Positions 1 to 11,840 of a stretch of 64,000 nucleotides of DNA are shown piece by piece (the stretch's first letter is position 1; every line of letters starts with the position of its first letter). Source of the stretch: Azolla caroliniana (taxonomy: Eukaryota; Plantae; Polypodiophyta); NCBI GenBank assembly GCA_043228905.1, contig JBHGNT010000002.1:25048001-25112000 (forward strand). Direction: 5' to 3'. The notes under the pieces were generated by a model. The model made no database searches. It was not told the origin of the DNA and worked only from the letters and a program-made list of their open reading frames with translations. Made by a program: the position numbers and the translations under genes.

Positions 1-2534
1 GTATTCCAGAAGCTAGTGAGGCTCTGGTACCAAGACGGCTCCAGTATGGCGAAGCACATGAATGCCTTCGAGGGGCTAATACACCAAGCAACCTCGTTGG
101 AAGTACCTCTCGCCGATGAGGTACTCACATTACTCTTGCTCGGTTCCTTCCCGGATAGTTGGGAGACGCTAGTTGTTGTTGGGAGACAAGTCCCTCCGGA
201 TGGGAAGGGAGAAGAACAGTGTTGATGAGCAAACTCGGCCGAGGCCGGAACCGGATGAGGAGTACGGAGAGCCGGATGGTGAAGACCCGGTGAGAACCGG
301 ATGAGGAGTACCCGGCTACGGAGAGCCGGATGGTGAAGACCCAGTGAGGAGTGCTCACCGGATGAAGAGACATATTTGTAAATATGTTTTTGAGAGTCCA
401 TCGAGGCTATATTTGTAAATAGCCGAAAAGTCATATTAGTATAAATATGACTTAGGGCAAACTTTTGTTGTGTGTTGTTATTCTTGTTGGTGCAAGAAGA
501 GAGAGAGTGTGTAACTATGTACAGAGAGAGAGAGAGAGAGAGAAAGAGGTCGTTGCCTCTGTTGAAACCGCCGCATGTGGCGAAGATCGTGAGCACGAGG
601 TTGTTGCCTCCTTGAACTCATTGTTGTACATTCTAACATAGTGATAGTTTGCAGCCTGTGGGCTGCCGTGGTTTTTTCCCTAGTTTGGGGTTTTCCACGT
701 AAACATCCTGTGTACTCTTCTCTTCTTTGTGTCGTGCATTTATTTCCTGTTTTCTATGTATGATTCTAAGCTCGGTTGTGGTCGAGCGTTGCGCATAAGG
801 AACAAGTAGTTTCCGTCAGTTGTCACGTTCGGCAATGCCAGGCCGGAAGGAAAACAGTTGTCCCTAGCAAGAGTCAAGCCAAGCTTGCTAGATGAAGAAG
901 CTCGCCGGAAAGACCGAGAGTCCAGAACCGATCCGAAGGCCTTGGTCACGGAAGATGAACACAACCGGGGAAGAGGCCGGCATTGGAGTCCTCAAAATCG
1001 GGACAAATCGGGGACGAGGTCGAAGTCAAAGGGGAGGCCCACGTGCTTCTATTGCGGGAAGTTGGGACACTTCCAGAAGAACTGTCGGCACTTCCAAAAA
1101 GAGAAAGAAACCGGCACTACCGATTCAAAGAAGAGTTCGGACCGGAGAGGCCCGGATCAGAAAGGAACACCGGCAATCGCGACAAGTGAAGAAGAACTGA
1201 TGCTCATTACCGAGGAGAATGAGTTAAATCTTGTCGGCGACGAGACAACGTGGGTTGTCTATTCCGGAGCATCGTTCCATTTGACACACGGACCGGAGAT
1301 GCTTCTCATCCTACACAACCGGAGATCATGGTTGTGTCCGGATGGGGAATGAAGGTACATGCCGAATTGTCGGCATAGGAGATGTGTTGGTGACGACATC
1401 AACCAGATGCAAGTTGTTGCTGAAGGATGTCCGACACGTTCCGAAGGTTCGACTGAACCTGATATCAGCCGGTCGGCTAGATGATGAAGGCTACACGGGT
1501 AGCATCCGAAACGGAGTTATGAAGTTCAGCAAAGGAAGCCTAATTGTGGCACGAGCCTGGAAGATCAACACGATATATCTTATACATGCCCGGATATGCC
1601 GGGAATAAGTGAACATAGGATCTGACACTACCGGTGAGTTGTGGCACAAGAGGTTGTGTCACATGAGTGAGAAGGGGATGAAGAGACTTGTCGAAGACAA
1701 TCTCATTCCGATGAAGGACGTGCAACTTGAGAAGTGCACCGATTGCTTGGCCGGCAAGAAAAACCGAACCTCCTTCCATTCAAGACCACCGATGAGACGG
1801 AATGCACCACTGGAGCTGGTGCATACCGATGTGTGTCAAGTGGACACAAAGTCACATGTCGGATTGCAGTACTTTGTGACATTCATAGATGACCACAACC
1901 AGAAGTTGTGGGTCTCATCGTTGAGCCCGTCTTCAAGGAATTCCATGTGAGAGTGGAAAGAGAAACAGGCCAGAAGCTGAAGGCGGTTCGAGCGGACAAT
2001 AGAGGAGAATATCAGGGGCAGTTCGAGGAGTATTGCCGATCGAAGGGAATCCGGCTCGAATTTACCGTGCCGAAGATCTCGGAATTGAACAGGCTGGCCG
2101 AACGGATGAACCGGACCATGATGGAGAGATTCCAGAGCATGCTAGCACATGCAAAGTTACCCAAGACATTTTGGGTTGAGGCGCTGAGAATGACGACCTA
2201 TGTGATAAACCAATCACCCTCAGTACCCTTGGACGGAGACTCACCGCAGAAAGTATGGACCGGTAAGGATGTGTCTTACCGGCATCTAAAGGTGATCGTG
2301 CATGTGGCAAAGGACAAGAGAGCAAAACTAGATCCGAAGTCCTGGCCATGCATATTCCTTGCATATGACAATGATGAGTTCAGTTACCGGGTGTGGGATC
2401 TTGTCGACAAGAAGGTGCTCCGGAGTCGAGACATAGTCTTCATGGAAGACAGGACCATTGACGACTGGGAGTCGGAGACGAAGGTGATGAACTCCGGATC
2501 ATCCAATGGAAACTGGCTTAAGGACACAAGAACT
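1..2534 (+). mobile_element. Decayed Ty1/Copia element A (gag C-terminal half, zinc knuckle, PR, integrase); 5' end outside the window, 3' part missing
   Basis: Broken ORFs with LLLGSFPDSWETLVV, CFYCGKLGHFQKNC, LWHKRLCHMS, ELVHTDVC, RADNRGEY; gag closely matches element D. Interrupted by solo LTR 177-818 and cut at 2535 by element C. Confidence 0.93.
177..818 (+). repeat. Copia solo LTR of the A/D family inserted in the gag of A
   Basis: TGTTGGGAGAC...CCGTCA termini, 5-bp TSD GTTGT (172-176 and 819-823), high similarity to LTR 11403-12110; removing it restores ETLVVTFGN. Confidence 0.95.
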
Positions 2535-2849
2535 TGTTGGGGACAAGGCTGTCAATGCGGAAGTGCAAGCAACATTCGTGATGAAGAGGAACCTATGTAT
2601 CCGCATGAGCAAGATAGACACAGAGAGATAGAGAGAGAGAGAGAGATAGGCACAAAGAAATGTTATATTTCTCAAGCAACAGTTACAAATTACAATATAC
2701 AACAACAACCTTTTCTAAAGGTTACAAAGTCACGTTATATAGTGACTGTCCTAGGGCAACTGCCCTTTATGCTATTTATAGAAATAGCCCAAACTTGGGT
2801 TGTCCAAAGGGACATTGTGAATACGGCCATTATACACTCGTATTCGACA
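2535..2849 (-). repeat. 3' LTR of Copia C
   Basis: Reverse complement reads TGTCGAATACGAGTG...CCTTGTCCCCAACA, similar to I LTRs; preceded by a PPT. Confidence 0.9.
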
Positions 2850-4419
2850 CTCCCCCGTAATGGGCGTATACATGGGTTATCTAAAAAATTACAGGTATAT
2901 ATACAAGGTTTATCGGACAGATCGGTTTTGTTATAGTCGGCAAGATCCGAAGACAGAAGACCGAACTGGTCGGGTCGGAAGAGCTGAAGCCGATTCTCAA
3001 AGAACCGATGTCTATTGTTCAAAACCGTCCTGTGCTATGTGTCCAACTTTAACCGGACTGATTTTTCGTTACGCCCATTTGGTGCCGAAGGGACCGGAAA
3101 TGATCCGCCAAAAGACATTTGGTCATTCCATTTGCGACATTATCGGTTGTGGATATTTTCTCGAGACCGATTTTCCCTGAAATGACACAATCCCGAACGA
3201 AGTGATATCGAACGTCGATATGCTTGGAGGCGTTGTGGTGAACCGGATTCTTTGACAAAGCAACAACACCCTAACTGTCGTTGTAGACAACTGGAACCGA
3301 GTCAAGGTCGACTTGTCGAAACATGTGCGCCAGCCGATCGAGCCATAAAGCTTCTTTTGTTGCGTCGAACGCAGCTACATATTCTGCTTCGGTCGTTGAG
3401 GTGGTTGTGCACTCCTGAAGTTTTGACTTCCACGAGATTGCTCCATTGCCGAATTTGAAACAATATCTAGTTGTTGATTTCCGACTGTCCACGCAGCCGG
3501 GGAAGTCCGAGTCGGTGTAACCGACTACGGCTAAGGTTGAGTTCGGGCCAAAAAAAATGTCATGGTCTTTTGTGCCAGCTATATATCTGAACACATGCTT
3601 GACTGCGTTCCAATGCAATCGACCGGGGTTGTGCATGAATTTGCTGACAACTCCTACGACGTGAGAGATATCATGTCGTGTCACGACCATCGTGTACATA
3701 AGGGAGCCGACTGCCGGTGCATACGGTACCGACTTCATATCTTCCCCCTTCGGACCGGATGTCGGGCAATCTCGCTGAGACAGTCAAAGGTTAATGGGGA
3801 ACGGGGTCGAAGCAGACTTGGCCGAGTGCATGTTGAAGCGTTCCAAGACACGTCCGATGTAGTCAGTTTGAGACAAGAAAAGTTGTCGTGTATCGCGATG
3901 CCGACTAATCTTCATACCGAGTATGTGTCTTGTCGGACCGAGGTCCTTCATGGCAAACTTCAACCGCAGTTTCCGAACGAGTTCGGTGAGCTCTCCGATA
4001 TGTCGACCGGAGAGTAGCATGTCGTCCACGTAGATGATGAGGAAGACGGGAGACCCGTCTTGAGCTGTTTTGGTGAAGAGATAGTGGTCCTCATCGCTCT
4101 TTGAGAAGCCGACCAATTGGATGAAGTCGTCGAACTTCTTGTACCACTGTCAGGGTACCTGTTTCAGGCCGTAGAAACTCTTCCTAAGTCGGCAAACTAG
4201 ATGTTCCTGGTCGGATGCCACAAAGCCCTTCGGCTGCTCCATATAGATTTCCTCTTGTAGGTCACCGTGGAGGAATGTCGTTTTCACATCTAGCCGAATC
4301 AACTCCAAGTTGTCGGCGGCCACAACGCCGAGCATGAAACGAAAGGTCGTCATTTTCACCACTGGTGAAAAGATTTCGTCAAAGTCGACGCCATATACTT
4401 GTCTAAATCCCTTTGTAAC

Positions 4420-4770
4420 TGTTGGGATTTCGGTCCCTCCGGATGGGATGTCCAGAGATGAATGACGGCAAGCCCGGTTGCGGTTACGGGACCGGAGGAT
4501 GAAGAGTACCCGGCATGAAGCCTGATGAAGAAGACCCCGGCTACGGAGCCGGATGATGAAGACCCCGGCTACGGAGCCGGATGACGAATGTACCCGGAGA
4601 GAGATCCGGATGCGGGGACATATTTGTGAATATGTTTGCCAAGGGCCCTTGAGGCTATATTTGTAAATAGCCCGAAAGTCATATGTGTATAAATATGACT
4701 TAGGGCAAACAGTTTAGTTGTTGTTACTCATTTTTCTGGTTTTTCCACTTAGTGGGAGCTAAGTGAGCAG

Positions 4771-4803
<33 letters not shown>

Positions 4804-7800
4804 GAAGAGGTCGTTGCCTCTGTGTATTACCGCCGCCTGTGGCGAAGACAGTGAGCTCAAGGTTGTTGCCTTGTAGCTTCACCATTGTACATCTCTGTTT
4901 ATAGTGATAGTTGGAGTTTGAGGACTCCCGTGGTTTTTCCCACTTAGGGTTTTCCACGTAAAATATCCTGTGTACTCTTCTCTCTATTGTCTTCGTGCAT
5001 TTCATTTTGTATTTCATGTTTTCTGTGAGTTGATCCTATTCCTCGGTTGTGGCCGAGCACTGTGTTTAACAAAGTGGTATCAGAGCGACGGTAACACAGA
5101 AAATGGAAGGCGGCGGTAGTGGGCCCCCGGGCATGATGGTGTTGAACTCACAGAACTACGCCGACTGGAAGATAAAGATGGAAGACCTTCTCATCGTCCG
5201 AGACCTGTACGAACCGATCGACAATGCCGAGATACCCAAGGGAGTAATAGAGTCGGAGTGGAAGCTCCTGAACCGGAAAGCCGTAGCGACGATCCGGCAA
5301 TATGTCGATGTAAGTGTTATGCAACATGTGGCGAACGATACGAACGCCTATGAGATGTGGCAGAAGCTGTCCGGACTGTATGAGAGGAAGAATGCTCTGA
5401 CCCGGACCTCCCTGATGAGGAAGATAGTGAATCTTAAGTACCGGGACGGCGAGAGCATGGTCGAACACGTCAGCACGTTCATGGGATTCGTGAACCAGCT
5501 TGCGGCGATCAAGTTCCCGTTGGATAACGCAATGCAAGCCATACTGCTGATGTGTACCCTTCCGGAGAGCTGGGAGAATTTGGTAGTTACTCTCAGCACC
5601 TCCTGTAAGGAAGAGAACTTGTCTTTACTAACGGTAAAGACAAGTATTCTAAATGAAGAAGCGCGTCGGAGAGATAAAGAACCGGCCTCCGACTCGAAGG
5701 CGCTGCTTACCGAATCGGAACGGGGAAGACAACGGAACCGGAGTCCGCAAAGACGGGAGAAGTCGGGGACACGGTCGCAGTCGAGGGGAAGACCTACATG
5801 CTTCTACTGTGGGAAGCCGGGGCACTTCCAGAAGAACTGTTGGCATTTCCGGAAAGACAACGGAACCGACGGTACCGATTCGAAGAAGTCACCGGAGCGA
5901 AACGGTGCATACCGGGGAGCCACGGACCGGAGAGGTCCGGATCGGCGAGGGCAGGACCGGAAAGGAACGACGGCACTCGCAGCAAGTGAAGAAGAGATAA
6001 TGCTCATTACCGAAGAGAGGGAGCTGAACCTTGCCGGTGAAGAGATGACCTGGGTGGTCGATTCCGGAGCGTCGTTCCACCTGACCCCGGAGAAGAAATA
6101 CTTCTCATCCTACACAGCCGGTGAGCACGGCTGTGTCCGGATGGGAAATGAAGGTACATGCCGGATTGCCGGCATAGGAGACGTGTGGCTGATGACATCA
6201 ACCGGATGCAAGATGCTGCTGAAGGATGTCCGACACGTTCCAGAGGTTCGATTGAACCTGATTTCGGCCGGGAGGCTAGACGATGAAGGCTACACGGGAA
6301 GCATCCGGAACGGTGTCATGAAGTTCAGCAGAGGGAGCCTGATAGTGGCTCGGGCCCGGAAGGTCAACACACTGTACCTGATGACTTCCCGGCTATGTCC
6401 GGAGGAGCTGAACGTGGCAGCTGACACTGCCGGTGAGCTATGGCACAAGAGACTGTGCCACATGAGCGAGAAGGGGATGAAGAGGCTTGCCGAAGACAAC
6501 CTGATACCGGTAAAGCACGTACACTTGGGGAAGTGTACCGACTGTCTGGCCGGTAAGCAAAACCGGACCTCCTTCCGCTCAAGACCACCGACGAGACGTA
6601 GCGCACCATTGGAGTTGGTGCACACTGACGTGTGTCAAGTAGAAACGAAGTCACATGGCGGAGCCCAGTACTTCATGACATTCATTGATGACCACAGCCG
6701 GAAGCTGTGGACGGCACCGCTGAAGACAAAGGACCAAGTGTTGTGCGTCTTCAAAGAACTCCACGTGAGAGTGGAAAGGGAATCCGGCAAGAAGCTGAAA
6801 GCGATACGAGCGGATAACGGAGGGGAATACCGGGGGCAGTTCGAGGAGTACTGTCGCTCGAAGGGAATCCGGCTCGAGTTTACTGTGCCGAAGACGCCGG
6901 AACTAAACGGGCTGGCCGAGAGGATGAACCGGACCATAATGGAGAGGGTCCGGAGTATGCTGGCGCATGCGAAATTACCCAAGGGGTTTTGGGCTGAGGC
7001 AATGTCGACGGCGACATACGTGATAAACAGATCACCCTCAGTACCTTTGGACGGAGACACGCCACAGAAAGTGTGGACCGGTAAGGAAGTGTCCTACCGG
7101 CATCTGAAGGTGTTCGGGTGTCTCGCATACGTGCATGTGGCAAAGGACCGGAGAGGAAAGTTAGATCCAAAGACCCGGCCATGCATATTCCTCGGTTACG
7201 GCGATGACGAGTTCGGCTACCGAGTATGGGACCCGGTCGACAAAAAGATATTCCGGAGTCGTGATATCATCTTCATGGAGGACAAGACACTCGCCGACTG
7301 GGAGTCGGAGAAGAAGATGAAGAGCTCCAAGTCGACCGGTGAGGATCAACTCTACGAGGAGCAGTCCCGACCGGCAAGGGACCGGTTAGCACTCGAGGAT
7401 CCGGCCGAAGACGGTGAAGAAACAGAACCGGCCGAGGAAGATGAAACTGATACCGGAACCGACCCCGATCCCGAAATGGATTCGGATGAAGAGGAAACGG
7501 AGGAGCCGGTTACCGAAGCTCCGGAACGGAGATATCCTCTAAGAGAGAGAAGGGCCCCCCGGAGATTTCCGGAACCAGAGCACGTGCTGCTAACCGACGA
7601 GGGGGAGCCGGAGAGTCTTGAAGAAGCAAAGCTTGAAACCCATAGCCGTAGGTGGTTAAGTGCCATGCAGGAGGAGATGGATTCCCTGCATGAGAACCAC
7701 ACATATGAACTTGTGGAGTTGCCGAAAGGAAAGCGGGCACTTCGAAACAAGTGGGTGTTCAAGCTGAAACCGGGAGATGCCGGAAACCCCCCGAGATACA

Positions 7801-9834
7801 AAGCCAGGATCGTGGTGAAGGGGTTCCAGCAGAAGAAGGGCGTCGACTTCGACGAGATATTTGCCCCGGTAGTGAAGATGACCTCCATCCGGACGGTGCT
7901 GAGCATAGCGGCAAGCATGGACCTCGAGGTAGAACAGATGGACGTGAAGACGGCATTCCTTCACGGTGACCTCGAAGAAGAGATCTACATGCAGCAACCA
8001 GAAGGATTCGAGAAGAAAGGGAAGGAGCACCTGGTATGCCGGTTGAAGAAGAGCCTTTACGGACTGAAGCAGGCTCCCCGGCAGTGGTACCGGAAGTTCG
8101 ACTCCTTCATGACCGACGAAGGGTACCACAAAACGCAGTCCGATCACTGCGTGTTTGTGAAGAAGTTCGAAGGAGGAGACTTTCTAATACTCCTCCTGTA
8201 CGTGGACGACATGTTGATCGTCGGACGGGACCAGGTCAAGATACGGATGCTGAAGAAAGCGCTTCACCGAACCTTCTCAATGAAGAACCTGGGTCCGGCG
8301 AGGCAAATACTAGGGATGCACATCATCCGGGACCGGAAGAAGAAGCAGTTGTGGCTGTCACAGGAGAAGTACGTGACAAAGGTGCTTCACCGGTTCAACA
8401 TGTCGGAAGCAAGACCGGTCGGGTCGACCCTCCCGGCAAACTGCAAGTTATCCGGCAAGCAAAGTCCCAAGACAAAAGTTGAAAAGGAGGATATGATGAA
8501 GATACCATATGCCTCTGCCGTCGGGAGCTTGATGTACGCAATGGTGTGTACCCGACCGGACATTGGATACGCAGTCGGAGTGGTGAGTCGGTATATGACT
8601 AATCCCGGCAAGGAGCACTGGAACGCGGTCAAATGGATACTCCGATACTTAAAGGGCACTTCGAACATGTGCCTCCGATTCGGCTCCGGTAAGCCCGAAC
8701 TCGATGGATTTACCGATTCGGACATGTCGGCTGATGCGGATACCAGCCGGTCTACATCTGTGTATGTAATGACATATGCAGGGGGAGCCGTTTCGTGGCA
8801 GTCGAGGTTGCAGAAGATGGTTGCGTTGTCAACCACGGAGGCGGAGTACATGGCGGCTGTTGAAGCCGGCAAGGAAATAATATGGATGAAGGACTTCATT
8901 AGAGAGCTCGGTATCCGGCAGGAGGAGTATCGGCTCTACTGCGATAGTCAGAGTGCCATCCACCTTGCGAAGAACGCGGCCTACCATTCCCGGACGAAAC
9001 ACATCCAGCGTAGATACCACTGGATCCGGGAAAGGATAGAAGACAAGGAGTTCGTGCTGACGAAGATCCACACGGACGAGAACGGGTCGGATATGCTGAC
9101 CAAGGTGCTCACACCCGACAAGCTGGAAGCATGCCGGAAGAGGATTGGATTGGAGAGACATCCCATGCCGAAGTGAAGGGGGAGTTTGTTGGGATTTCGG
9201 TCCCTCCGGATGGGATGTCCGGAGATGAATGACGGCAAGCCCGGTTGCGGTTACGGGACCGGAGGATGAAGAGTACCCGGCATGAAGCCGGATGAAGAAG
9301 ACCCCGGCTACGGAGCCGGATGATGAAGACCTCGGCTACGGAGCCGGATGACGAATGTACCCGGAGAGAGATCCGGATGCGGGGACATATTTGTGAATAT
9401 GTTTGCCAAGGGCCCTTGAGGCTATATTTGTAAATAGCCCAAAAGTCATATGTGTATAAATATGACTTAGGGCAAACAGTTTAGTTGTTGTTACTCATTT
9501 TTCTAGTTTTTCCACTTAGTGGGAGCTAAGTGAGCAGCCGAGAGAGAGAGAGAGAGAGAGAGAGACGAAGAGGTCGTTGCCTCTGTGTATTACCGCCGCC
9601 TGTGGCGAAGACAGTGAGCTCAAGGTTGTTGCCTTGTAGCTTCACCATTGTACATCTCTGTTTATAGTGATAGTTGGAGTTTGAGGACTCCCGTGGTTTT
9701 TCCCACTTAGGGTTTTCCACGTAAAATATCCAGTGTACTCTTCTCTCTATTGTCTTCGTGCATTTCATTTTGTATTTCCTGTTTTCTGTGAGTTTATCCT
9801 ATTCCTCGGTTGTGGCCGAGCACTGTGTTTAACA
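4420..9834 (+). mobile_element. Intact full-length Ty1/Copia element B (Tnt1/Tork-like)
   Basis: LTRs 4420-5071 and 9187-9834 (TG...CA, roughly seven substitutions by eye), TSD GTAAC (4415-4419, 9835-9839), PBS TGGTATCAGAGC 5075-5086 (tRNA-iMet), PPT about 9170-9184, single ORF. Confidence 0.98.
5103..9176 (+). CDS. Copia Gag-PR-INT-RT-RH polyprotein, 1357 aa, uninterrupted
   Basis: CCHC knuckle, WVVDSGAS protease, HHCC and DDE integrase, LLLYVDDML RT, TDSD and SDMLTK RNase H in Copia order. Confidence 0.97.
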   Translation: MEGGGSGPPGMMVLNSQNYADWKIKMEDLLIVRDLYEPIDNAEIPKGVIESEWKLLNRKAVATIRQYVDVSVMQHVANDTNAYEMWQKLSGLYERKNALTRTSLMRKIVNLKYRDGESMVEHVSTFMGFVNQLAAIKFPLDNAMQAILLMCTLPESWENLVVTLSTSCKEENLSLLTVKTSILNEEARRRDKEPASDSKALLTESERGRQRNRSPQRREKSGTRSQSRGRPTCFYCGKPGHFQKNCWHFRKDNGTDGTDSKKSPERNGAYRGATDRRGPDRRGQDRKGTTALAASEEEIMLITEERELNLAGEEMTWVVDSGASFHLTPEKKYFSSYTAGEHGCVRMGNEGTCRIAGIGDVWLMTSTGCKMLLKDVRHVPEVRLNLISAGRLDDEGYTGSIRNGVMKFSRGSLIVARARKVNTLYLMTSRLCPEELNVAADTAGELWHKRLCHMSEKGMKRLAEDNLIPVKHVHLGKCTDCLAGKQNRTSFRSRPPTRRSAPLELVHTDVCQVETKSHGGAQYFMTFIDDHSRKLWTAPLKTKDQVLCVFKELHVRVERESGKKLKAIRADNGGEYRGQFEEYCRSKGIRLEFTVPKTPELNGLAERMNRTIMERVRSMLAHAKLPKGFWAEAMSTATYVINRSPSVPLDGDTPQKVWTGKEVSYRHLKVFGCLAYVHVAKDRRGKLDPKTRPCIFLGYGDDEFGYRVWDPVDKKIFRSRDIIFMEDKTLADWESEKKMKSSKSTGEDQLYEEQSRPARDRLALEDPAEDGEETEPAEEDETDTGTDPDPEMDSDEEETEEPVTEAPERRYPLRERRAPRRFPEPEHVLLTDEGEPESLEEAKLETHSRRWLSAMQEEMDSLHENHTYELVELPKGKRALRNKWVFKLKPGDAGNPPRYKARIVVKGFQQKKGVDFDEIFAPVVKMTSIRTVLSIAASMDLEVEQMDVKTAFLHGDLEEEIYMQQPEGFEKKGKEHLVCRLKKSLYGLKQAPRQWYRKFDSFMTDEGYHKTQSDHCVFVKKFEGGDFLILLLYVDDMLIVGRDQVKIRMLKKALHRTFSMKNLGPARQILGMHIIRDRKKKQLWLSQEKYVTKVLHRFNMSEARPVGSTLPANCKLSGKQSPKTKVEKEDMMKIPYASAVGSLMYAMVCTRPDIGYAVGVVSRYMTNPGKEHWNAVKWILRYLKGTSNMCLRFGSGKPELDGFTDSDMSADADTSRSTSVYVMTYAGGAVSWQSRLQKMVALSTTEAEYMAAVEAGKEIIWMKDFIRELGIRQEEYRLYCDSQSAIHLAKNAAYHSRTKHIQRRYHWIRERIEDKEFVLTKIHTDENGSDMLTKVLTPDKLEACRKRIGLERHPMPK

Positions 9835-11803
9835 GTAACTAATATGGCCTTGTACTTTGGGTTGGTCGAGTCGGACATCTCTTTTAGTCGATAGACCCAC
9901 TTACATGGAAGAGCATGTCGATTCTCCGGTAATTCGACTAAGTCCCAAGTCTTGTTTGCCCGAATGGATTGCATTACCGACTCCATCGCCAGATGCCATG
10001 TGGCGGAATCGGTAGATGCCGATGCTTCTTCATAAGATGTCGGTTCACCGACGTCGGTGAAGAAAATTTCGGGAGAATACCTCTCCGGAGGTTGCGATGG
10101 TCTCTCAGATCTGCGAGGTATGACTGAACTGGTCGCACCGGGTGTCGATGTCGGATTGTCGGGAGCCGAGCCATTCGGCCGTGCCGAATCGGTGGATTCG
10201 GTGCGAGAGTTGTCAGTTACCCGTGAAACCGATCTCGTGTTGTGGGCTGGGTTGTCATGAAGGGTTGGCACTTCGGAAAATATTACCCTTTGGGCTTCAA
10301 TAGGCCTTTCGGCCGTTTTATGCATAGCCGACTCATTGAACATAACGTCCGAGCTTCGGACGATTTGTCTGTGCTCAGGGTCCCATAGTCGGTATCCAAT
10401 CTCGTCGTCGAGTCCATACCCAAGGAAAACGCATTTCCTTGATCTTGGTTCGAGTTTCTGGCGATCGTCTTTTGGTATGAGGGTGTATGCCTCACAACCG
10501 AAGATCCTCAACATGTCATAATTCGGCTTACTGCCGGTCCATATTTCCTGAGGTATTTGAAGTCCTAGAGGTCTACTTGGCGACATATTTATGATGTGTG
10601 TTGTCGTAAGTAGAGCCTCCGCCTAGAAGCCATCCGATAGTTCGGAGTGTTGGAGCATGGATACTACGCGTTCTTGAATCGTCCAATTCATGCGTTTTGC
10701 AATTCCGTTCTGCTCCGGACTATAAGGTGTCGTATATTCATGTCGAATGCCGCGTTCCCGGCAAAATTTGATGAATTCGTCATACTTGAATTCTTCTCCA
10801 TTATCGGTTCGGAGACATTTTAGTTTCCGACCGGTCTGGTTTTCGACCATTGCAAGCCATTCGGAGAAGATCGAGAACACCCAATCTTTAGTTTTGATGG
10901 GGTAAGCCCACACCTTCCGAGTCGAGTCGTCAATAAAACTTACGAAGTACGAAGCACCACCAAGAGACTAATGTGGCATCGGGCCACAGACGTCCGAGTG
11001 GACCAAATCGAGGGGACTCGATTCTCCTGGTGTTGATGTCGGGTGCGATGCGACTACCTGTTTGTCGTACTGGCAATGCTCGCAAAATTGGTGATCTGAG
11101 AAGGAGATTTTGGGGATGTAACCGGCTCTGGATAGGTGCGTTATGCCGGCCTTGCTGAGGTGTCCATGTCGTCCATGCCATAACGATGACACGGGGATAT
11201 CAACCAAAAATAAGTCACCCTCTTTGAGGGTGACATATAAAGGATACAAGGAATGTACCTTTGGTCCTCGAGCAAGCAGGAGGTTCCCTTTGTGGAGTGT
11301 CCACCCTCCTGATGAGAATCTGGCACGAATGCCGACTTCATCAAGCTCTCTGACTGAGATAGGGGGTCTTGAGAGCTCAGGAACGTGTCGGACGTAGTGT
11401 AGTGTTGGGAGACAGGTCCCTCCGGATGGGAAGGGAGAAGAACAGTGCTGATGAACAAACTCGGCCGAGGTCGAAACCGGATGACGTGTACCCGGTTACG
11501 GAGAGCCGGATGGTGCAGACCCGGTGAGAACCGGATGAGGAGTACCCGGCTACGGAGAGCCGGATGGTGCAGACCCGGTGAGAACCGGATGAGGAGTACC
11601 CGGCTACAAAGAGCCAGATGGTGAAGACCCGGTGAGGAGTGCTCACCGGATGAAGAGACATATTCGTAAATATGTTTCTGAGAGTCCATCGAGGCTATAT
11701 TTGTAAATAGCCGAAAAGTCATATTAGTATAAATATGACTTAGGGCAAACTTTTAGTGTGTGTTGTTATTCTTGTCTGCGGGAGATCAGAGCGCGTAACT
11801 GTG

Positions 11804-11840
<37 letters not shown>

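Larger units (their letters stand above)
2535..11402 (-). mobile_element. Decayed Ty1/Copia element C (I family), minus strand; interrupted by B and truncated at D
   Basis: Minus-strand RT/RH fragments 3049-4419 (IIYVDDML, GYTDSDF, KHIDVRYHF) and INT fragments 9840-11402; PPT (rc TTACGGGGGAG) at 2850-2860; homologous to element I. Confidence 0.93.

Noticed and set aside
1908-2936. 342-aa ORF with a novel C-terminus
   Set aside because: Integrase of A reading through into the antisense LTR of C at 2535; junction artefact.
4500-4620. Regularly repeated 28-bp units resembling a CRISPR array
   Set aside because: Tandem U3 repeats without unique spacers, duplicated in both LTRs; eukaryotic context, no cas genes.
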